The notes beneath the pieces are model-generated. The model worked only from the letters and a program-made list of their open reading frames with translations, was not told where the DNA came from and did no database searches. The translations under genes were made by a program, and so were the position numbers. Positions 25,565 to 31,056 of a stretch of DNA of 31,056 nucleotides are shown piece by piece. Position 1 is the first letter of the stretch, and each line of letters starts with the position of its first letter. The stretch spans positions 1 to 31,056 of IMG/VR virus record IMGVR_UViG_3300025119_000015. One strand, given 5' to 3'. The DNA is from a virus. Taxonomy: Duplodnaviria; Caudoviricetes.

Positions 25565-25881
25565 TGCCACACCACGACCCCCTTGAATTCCCTGACGAAT
25601 CCACGCCAGTTAGTCGTTTACGAAGGGAAGTAGAGGTTAACTCAGGCTACAATGAGCCAACTGCGCCTGCTGGTGAGAAGCTGTTCGCCGCTGACATCTT
25701 AGCGGTGTGCAGCAGTGTCGAAAGGCTGGAGGCCGAGAACAAGCGGCTGCGGGCAGCGCTAGGGCAAATAGGTTGGGGCGGAGAGTCCACGATTACAGTT
25801 CTGCCTGGGCCTAACGGTGTATTGAGCCGTGAGGATATGCAGGAGATCGCTCGCGCTGTCCTGCGGCGCAAGGAGGCGTGA
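25561..25881 (+). CDS. Hypothetical protein
   Basis: SD AAGGAGG; coiled coil 'VERLEAENKRLRAAL'. Confidence 0.7.
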   Translation: MMPHHDPLEFPDESTPVSRLRREVEVNSGYNEPTAPAGEKLFAADILAVCSSVERLEAENKRLRAALGQIGWGGESTITVLPGPNGVLSREDMQEIARAVLRRKEA

Positions 25882-26078
25882 TGATACTTAGAGTAAGCTG
25901 TATTGTCTCTGCGGTAGTAGCCGCTGTAATGCTGCTCGTGGCTAGCACCCTGGCCCTTATAGCGAAAGATGCTGGAACGACATCACTCACAGCGGAAATC
26001 ATCGCAGTTTGGGCTACACTCCCAGGAACGTTTAGTGTGGTTATGGCCGTTTACCTTGGAGGTAGATGGGCATCATAA
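25878..26078 (+). CDS. Small two-TM membrane protein
   Basis: Two hydrophobic helices; SD AAGGAGG. Confidence 0.65.
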   Translation: MMILRVSCIVSAVVAAVMLLVASTLALIAKDAGTTSLTAEIIAVWATLPGTFSVVMAVYLGGRWAS

Positions 26079-26088
26079 AGGAGGCGTG

Positions 26089-26493
26089 ATGGACGGCTGG
26101 ATGACGCTACTGAAGGACGAGGAGAAACATTGGGTAGCCCTCTCTGAAAGTGGGCTACAGAGCGAAGGTGCCATTTGTGAGGAGCCAGAGGACTGTATTC
26201 ACTGTCATTCCGAAGCTGTGTTGGCACTTGCTTGCTCCCTAGCTGCCCTGCGGGCGCTGGTGGCAGAGCAACGGAGCTACATACAAACGAGGGCTGAGAT
26301 ACACAAGACAGGAGAAGTGGTGATGAGTGCTATGTGGAGGCAGGCAAAATGCCAAGGATGTCAAGCCGAAGCTGTTCTTGCTCTCACCGAAGAGAAGATG
26401 CAGAAGTACTTGGAGGACTGTGCTTGCAGTGGCCCGCCGATGCAGCCCTGCTGCCCTCGATGCAGGTATCCATATACAGACGAGGAGGCGTGA
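26089..26493 (+). CDS. Cys-rich hypothetical protein, paralog of the 25260 gene
   Basis: SD AAGGAGG; shares 'A.RALVAE' and 'VLALTEE.M...LE'. Confidence 0.65.
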   Translation: MDGWMTLLKDEEKHWVALSESGLQSEGAICEEPEDCIHCHSEAVLALACSLAALRALVAEQRSYIQTRAEIHKTGEVVMSAMWRQAKCQGCQAEAVLALTEEKMQKYLEDCACSGPPMQPCCPRCRYPYTDEEA

Positions 26494-26765
26494 TGGCTAC
26501 TTGTGTAGTTAACCTTCGCTATGAGTCGTGTAACGTCTACATTGGTAGACCGTCAAAATGGGGAAACCCCTTCCAGATTGGTCATGGGCGAACACGCCAG
26601 CAGGCCATCGAACAGTACCGCGAGTGGATTCTTCAACAGCCGGAGTTACTAGCAGCACTACCTGAATTGAGGGATAGACGTCTGGGATGCTACTGTGCTC
26701 CGTTACTCTGTCATGGCGATGTTCTATTGGAACTGATAGATGGTCTGGAGCGAAAGGGAGCATGA
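26493..26765 (+). CDS. DUF4326-family protein
   Basis: 'VYIGRPSKWGNPF.IG...R...I..YREW......L..L....LGCYCAP..CHGDVL'. Confidence 0.9.
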   Translation: MATCVVNLRYESCNVYIGRPSKWGNPFQIGHGRTRQQAIEQYREWILQQPELLAALPELRDRRLGCYCAPLLCHGDVLLELIDGLERKGA

Positions 26766-26772
26766 TAGAGTC

Positions 26773-26992
26773 ATGAATCGCACGTCGATAGAATGGACGG
26801 ACTTCTCCTCAAATCCCATCTACGCCGTAGATCGCGAGACCGGCAAACGCGGCTGGTTCTGCGAGCGAGTATCGCCAGGCTGCAGACGTGCCGTTCTTCT
26901 TCAAATCTTGGTCAGATCCGCGCCCCACGAGCGGCGGGCGGCTGCTGGATGGGAGAACATGGGATGAGATGCCGGAGTGCAAGGAGCCGTGA
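26773..26992 (+). pseudogene. Internally deleted phage Gp37/Gp68 (DUF5131) gene
   Basis: N-terminus 'TSIEWTD...NP...C..VSPGC' joined out of frame to the C-terminus 'QAADVPFFFKSW...GRLLDGRTWDEMP'. Confidence 0.85.
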
Positions 26993-27027
26993 TTCCTATT
27001 AGACATCATGTTGAAATATGAGATGTT

Positions 27028-27249
27028 ATGAAAATTATACGAGGCAGTAGATCTGTGAAATGGCATCGTCTTGGAGATCGACCGCGTAGCAGTAAAAGAC
27101 CAGCGTGTAACATCGAAGTCAATGCCTATATGTTAGAGATTCAGGAGGTAGATATAGACGAAATAAAGTTAGAAGAACTCTGTAAGCGACAGGAGTGTTT
27201 CGGTAAACCGCTGAAGCCTAAAATGCGACCAATTTATCCTATAGATTAG
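27028..27249 (+). CDS. Hypothetical protein
   Basis: 73-aa ORF with 'WH...C...LCKRQEC'; fills the gap on the coding strand. Confidence 0.55.
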   Translation: MKIIRGSRSVKWHRLGDRPRSSKRPACNIEVNAYMLEIQEVDIDEIKLEELCKRQECFGKPLKPKMRPIYPID

Positions 27250-27251
27250 CA

Positions 27252-27483
27252 AAGGAGATCTCATAGAATCTACCCAGGACGGTAAACCAGGGCGGTTTTC
27301 TCTCTGCCGATTTGCTCGCCGTCTCCTGTGTACCTGGGCAGTCCAATAATATATTGGACTTATCTGTTAAGAGCTGTACACTGGAATCTTAGCAGATAGT
27401 AATGGAGGTTTTGGGTTAGCTATAGTAACTCAACAGCGAAATACAGATAGCTGAATCCTGGGTAGATTCTACGAGATCTTCTT
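27252..27483 (+). ncRNA. Candidate structured RNA (232 nt): 28-bp terminal inverted repeat enclosing about five hairpins
   Basis: 27252-27279 pairs with 27456-27483; internal hairpins 27287-27337, 27340-27360, 27361-27398, 27411-27433 and 27434-27453. Confidence 0.7.
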
Positions 27484-27497
27484 AGAAAGTGTGATAG

Positions 27498-27911
27498 TTG
27501 ATGAGCGGTATTGAGTTAAGAGACAAATTATTAGATCTGGTACCAATAACAGAGAGACTCTCTGTTTTAGGTAAAAAATTCAATGTTAGCAGACAATATA
27601 TACATCAGATAATAAGGAAGTACAAAGTACCTTATGCTCCATACAAACGAGAAGCGAAGAAGCGTTTTTGTATATCCTGCAATTTACCCTTAGTAAATAG
27701 ATCATACAACAGGCTCTACTGTGATTCTTGCTCTGAAACATATAAATTATCAAGAAAGAACGGTAGATACTTTTTCTGTGCCACTTGTGGTGAAAAAGTC
27801 TACAGGAGCAAGACAAAACAGAGGAAGATGTTTCGTGGCTCTAAGGTATTCTGTTCATGGGAACACTATAATATTTGGCGTAGCTCGTATTATGATACAC
27901 TTGCAGAGTAG
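27498..27911 (+). CDS. HTH plus zinc-finger DNA-binding protein
   Basis: 'LGKKFNVSRQYIHQI' HTH; CISC, CDSC, CATC and FCS motifs. Confidence 0.7.
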   Translation: MMSGIELRDKLLDLVPITERLSVLGKKFNVSRQYIHQIIRKYKVPYAPYKREAKKRFCISCNLPLVNRSYNRLYCDSCSETYKLSRKNGRYFFCATCGEKVYRSKTKQRKMFRGSKVFCSWEHYNIWRSSYYDTLAE

Positions 27912-27916
27912 CTGGC

Positions 27917-28597
27917 ATGGACATTATGATTTCGCCTTCAGAACCAAGAGATATAAAAGAGGATTTTGGTCAGTATGGTATAGTTAATCCTAACTTAGCT
28001 GCAGATTATGGTTGGTATGCTGGAGGACGTTTTAGTCTAGTAGAACGTAAGCATATTCCTGGTGATTTCTTGGCTTCTAAATCAGATGGTCGTCTTCAAC
28101 GTGAGATGCAGGCTCTACTTGAGAACATCGAACAGGGTGGCAGAAGTTATCTTTTATTAGAAGGTCACTGGTCATGCGACCGAGAAAGTATGATTCTAAA
28201 TCCGCGTTCAACAGGCTGGAGCATAGACAAAGTATCAGAGATGATATCAACAATACAGGATATGGGAGTTAAGTTGTTACTAAGTCCTGATATGAAACAG
28301 ACAGCTCTAGTTTTAATATCTCAGGCACGGTGGGAGCTAAAAGATAATCATAAGAGTCTATCTGTTCGACCTGGGCCTGTAGAACCTTGGGGTCGTCCTA
28401 GTTATTCTACATATGTAGTGTGGTCTTATCAAGGTATTCCTGGTGTTGGTGTTGATATAGCTGAAGTACTATATGAGGCAGCGCCTACATGGGCGGACTT
28501 AGTTAAGATGTCGGAGCAAGATTTACAGGAACTGAAGCATTTTGGTAAGAAACGTAGTGAACGTGTTTATAAGTTTATTCATGAGGGAAAGCTGTAA
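27917..28597 (+). CDS. ERCC4/XPF-family structure-specific nuclease with HhH motifs
   Basis: 'ADY...VERK...DF..S..DGRL...M', 'LLLEG', 'GIPGVG', 'FGKKRSE'. Confidence 0.85.
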   Translation: MDIMISPSEPRDIKEDFGQYGIVNPNLAADYGWYAGGRFSLVERKHIPGDFLASKSDGRLQREMQALLENIEQGGRSYLLLEGHWSCDRESMILNPRSTGWSIDKVSEMISTIQDMGVKLLLSPDMKQTALVLISQARWELKDNHKSLSVRPGPVEPWGRPSYSTYVVWSYQGIPGVGVDIAEVLYEAAPTWADLVKMSEQDLQELKHFGKKRSERVYKFIHEGKL

Positions 28598-28824
28598 TGA
28601 GTGATATAGGTACTAAGGTTGAGATAGTAGGTGTAAGGGAAAAAGAGGTAGGAGAAACAAGAGCAGAAGAGTTAGCTCAGTATTATGGGAGACGGGGAGT
28701 GATAGCTAAATGGATTATGGGAGATTGTGTAAAAGGAAATGGCATAAGCGTAGAAGTTCCAATAATAATACTAGATGATGGGCAGGTGCTTTATGGCTCG
28801 GAAGTCTGGTGGCAGCGACTTTAG
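28597..28824 (+). CDS. Small SH3-like hypothetical protein
   Basis: 'IGTKVEI...GRRGVI...IILDDG'; TAATG coupling. Confidence 0.65.
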   Translation: MSDIGTKVEIVGVREKEVGETRAEELAQYYGRRGVIAKWIMGDCVKGNGISVEVPIIILDDGQVLYGSEVWWQRL

Positions 28825-29143
28825 TTTTGACAGTATAGATAGAGCATATAGAGATAGTTCTGTTCCTGATGTACTTGCTAATACGCGAAAGGGCTACGAT
28901 TTACAGACCCACTATAACATAGCTGATCATAGATATGAATTCTATTATCGAGGTCACAAGTTCTGCATTGATGAAGTTGAAATTATGTGGGATAGATATC
29001 CCATGAATATATTAGCGGAGAGAATAAAGAAGATAATGACAGAGATAAACGGTAAAGAAGACTTTGGCTGGAAGCCAAAGGAGAGAAGTTTATCTCATAG
29101 TGAGATACTAAATCAATTAGAAAGGTACAGAAGTGTTACCTGA
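28793..29143 (+). CDS. Hypothetical protein
   Basis: Open frame between coupled genes; start uncertain (28775 or 28793). Confidence 0.55.
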   Translation: MARKSGGSDFSFDSIDRAYRDSSVPDVLANTRKGYDLQTHYNIADHRYEFYYRGHKFCIDEVEIMWDRYPMNILAERIKKIMTEINGKEDFGWKPKERSLSHSEILNQLERYRSVT

Positions 29144-29864
29144 GCCATATTTCCAGACTATGGATGGACGTGTTAAGCTGTATCATGGCGATAGTGCTGA
29201 GTTAATGCTAGAGCTAGAAGATCATAGTATTCAAGCTATCCTAACCGATCCTCCTTATGGTATAGAATGGAAGAGTAATTGGCTTATGAAGCATGAACAG
29301 AAGGAAGTTCTGAAGGGTGATAAAGACTTAACCTGGATGGGTGACTTTCTTATAGACTGTGAACGACTTCTGAGACCAAAAGGTTCTATGTATATTATGA
29401 CTAGATGGGACAAGTTGGGGTTTCTTACTGGCCTTATCCGTAATCTAACAGAGCTAAATGTCCGTAACTGTATCGTATGGGATAGAATTATACATGGCCT
29501 TGGTGATCTGAAAAGCTTTGCGCCTGTATATGACTTGATAGTGTATGTTACTCAAAATAAGCCGAAGCTTTTATCAGAGTATAGATTCACAAATCTTTGG
29601 AGCATTAACAGAGAGCTGGATAGGATTACGGGACATCCTACTTCTAAGCCTGTAGCCTTGTTCGAGAGAATGCTAGTATGTTCAACTCAGCCAGGAGATA
29701 TGATATTGGACCCGTTTGCTGGTTCTGGTGCTAGTCTAGTAGCAGCAAACAAACTCAACAGACAAGCAATCGGTTTTGAGATCGATGAACATTTCTGCGA
29801 GATGGCTGCAAAAAGATTACAGCAACTACCTATGTTTATGGAGCAGGCGGAGATGCGATTATGA
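29133..29864 (+). CDS. N6-adenine/N4-cytosine DNA methyltransferase (intact)
   Basis: 'LYHGDS', 'TDPPYG', 'HPTSKP', 'LDPFAGSG', 'IGFEID'. Confidence 0.93.
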   Translation: MLPEPYFQTMDGRVKLYHGDSAELMLELEDHSIQAILTDPPYGIEWKSNWLMKHEQKEVLKGDKDLTWMGDFLIDCERLLRPKGSMYIMTRWDKLGFLTGLIRNLTELNVRNCIVWDRIIHGLGDLKSFAPVYDLIVYVTQNKPKLLSEYRFTNLWSINRELDRITGHPTSKPVALFERMLVCSTQPGDMILDPFAGSGASLVAANKLNRQAIGFEIDEHFCEMAAKRLQQLPMFMEQAEMRL

Positions 29865-30223
29865 GTGAAGGTATTATCTGTGGGCCGTCACTTCCGAAGA
29901 TTGGCTCTATTGTACCATTGCGGCGTATGCTGCATGACAATGGTTTTGGGTCATGTCTTTTAATAGTGAAGGGTCTTTATGGAGAAAAAAAGGCACGTGT
30001 CTTTTGCTCGTTCTCCAGTTTTCCTTCATCTGCTTGGCATCCTGATGAATTATCGCCTCACTCACTAGCTTGGCTAGAACAGAAACTAGCATCCTGGGAC
30101 AATATTTGGCCTGATGCTGAATGGACTATAAAACTTGTTTGGCCCTGGCAATCTGAAGAGTGGTATCGTGAGAAGCCAAAATGTTGGCGTGTTAGAAAGG
30201 CGTCTACGGAAGGCAGTGTCTAG
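29861..30223 (+). CDS. Hypothetical protein
   Basis: ATGA coupling; Trp-rich 120-aa ORF. Confidence 0.6.
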   Translation: MSEGIICGPSLPKIGSIVPLRRMLHDNGFGSCLLIVKGLYGEKKARVFCSFSSFPSSAWHPDELSPHSLAWLEQKLASWDNIWPDAEWTIKLVWPWQSEEWYREKPKCWRVRKASTEGSV

Positions 30224-30225
30224 TT

Positions 30226-30435
30226 ATGAAAGGTAAATACGAAGCTAGTGCTCTGGTAGATGTTCGTATGACTATATATGCAGATGACGAACAAAAGGCG
30301 ATGATTATTGCTACTAAGATAATAAGAAGTTTAGTGTCAAAGTTCGGTGCTGGTTTTGGTGAAAGTCAGATAATCGAACTGAAAGTTAGACGCAGCGGCT
30401 CTGGAGAAGATTTCGCTCCAAGAATTAAACAATAA
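30226..30435 (+). CDS. Hypothetical protein
   Basis: 69-aa ORF in operon context. Confidence 0.6.
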   Translation: MKGKYEASALVDVRMTIYADDEQKAMIIATKIIRSLVSKFGAGFGESQIIELKVRRSGSGEDFAPRIKQ

Positions 30436-30578
30436 TCCTGCAGCCGAGAACCAGTTAATACTGTTAGGAAAATAGTTGACGGCCCTTTAAATATACAGAT
30501 TTGGGTGCATGGTGAATCTGTTGTGAGATAGATAAAGAGATAAACAGATACGGGTGCAGCAGAACAAGACAGATAGCA

Positions 30579-30615
30579 GTCCGGTAGAAACTTCTCTACC
30601 GGACAGTTTGTTTCT
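30579..30615 (+). terminator. Putative intrinsic terminator hairpin
   Basis: GTCCGGTAGA-AACTTC-TCTACCGGAC perfect 10-bp stem followed by T-rich AGTTTGTTTCT, just before the next promoter. Confidence 0.55.
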
Positions 30616-30633
30616 GTAACGTTCTAAAAGGGG

Positions 30634-30662
30634 TTGACAAAGTTACAGATGTGTGATATACT
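30634..30662 (+). promoter_or_regulatory. sigma70-type promoter
   Basis: TTGACA-17 nt-TATACT with extended -10 TG. Confidence 0.85.
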
Positions 30663-30753
30663 AAGGATGGCGGAGTAGGTGGAAAACCGAATCTGTAAGA
30701 AAGGAGGTGAATAGCGAACCAGAGTTAAGTGACTAGTTAATAAGGAGAAACTA

Positions 30754-31056
30754 ATGACAGCCTGTGATTGTAGCGTAGAAGATATAATTCTAACACCGAA
30801 TAGTGCAGACTATGTAATACGGTATTGTGTGCTTCATGAAGCAGCACCAAGACTCACAGAGGTATTACAGGCCAACAATGTTTATATTCAACATCTTCGA
30901 ACAGAGTACAGCGATATTTCTAAAGATTCAAGGATTATAAAGCTTCTTAGAGAGAACTGCTCTCTCATAAGAGAATGTGGGCTATGTAGTTGTCTTCCTA
31001 ATTATGTCGATGATAGATGCCCAAAGCATAGCTACGATCCTGAGAAGCTTCAAGAC
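30754..31056 (+). CDS. Hypothetical protein, 3'-truncated by the window edge
   Basis: SD TAAGGAG, ATG 30754, open to the window end (MTACDCSVEDII...PEKLQD). Confidence 0.7.
   Translation, partial: MTACDCSVEDIILTPNSADYVIRYCVLHEAAPRLTEVLQANNVYIQHLRTEYSDISKDSRIIKLLRENCSLIRECGLCSCLPNYVDDRCPKHSYDPEKLQD

Noticed and set aside
25878-26078. Holin
   Set aside because: It has two TM helices but is far from the endolysin and inside an accessory array; insufficient support.
27252-27483. Retron or autonomous transposon
   Set aside because: No reverse transcriptase or transposase in the window and no evident target-site duplication.
290-30092. Short minus-strand and nested ORFs in the ORF track (e.g. 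290-544, 4524-4736, 8501-8890, 20261-20827, 24841-25173)
   Set aside because: They are shadows of well-supported plus-strand genes and lack RBS or motifs.

Overview
A fragment of a tailed dsDNA phage genome (siphovirus-like), standard genetic code, with almost all genes on the + strand; the host cannot be assigned from sequence alone. 1-9527 is a tail module: partial tail tube gene, tail assembly chaperone with a -1 slippery site, tape measure protein, distal tail/LamG-like protein, tail tip and minor tail protein. 9.9-31 kb is a replication, metabolism and accessory region with four near-consensus sigma70 promoters. It encodes a RepA-type helicase, lytic transglycosylase-like protein, dCTP deaminase, XRE regulator, class II RNR with a LAGLIDADG intein, GH25 endolysin, two N6/N4 DNA methyltransferases, a Tad1-like anti-defence protein, Cas4-like exonuclease, Sak4-like ATPase, ERCC4 nuclease and many small genes. 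Three things stand out. (1) A methyltransferase is interrupted right after its DPPY motif by a 10-nt GGT-TGA-ACAT-GGT gap with the layout of a ribosomal bypass. (2) Nearly every large intergenic gap folds into a long G-U-containing stem or multi-hairpin element, suggesting a set of unannotated phage ncRNAs. (3) A GC-richer array of small genes is joined by a repeated ~21-bp junction motif. All family assignments come from motif recognition by eye, not database searches.
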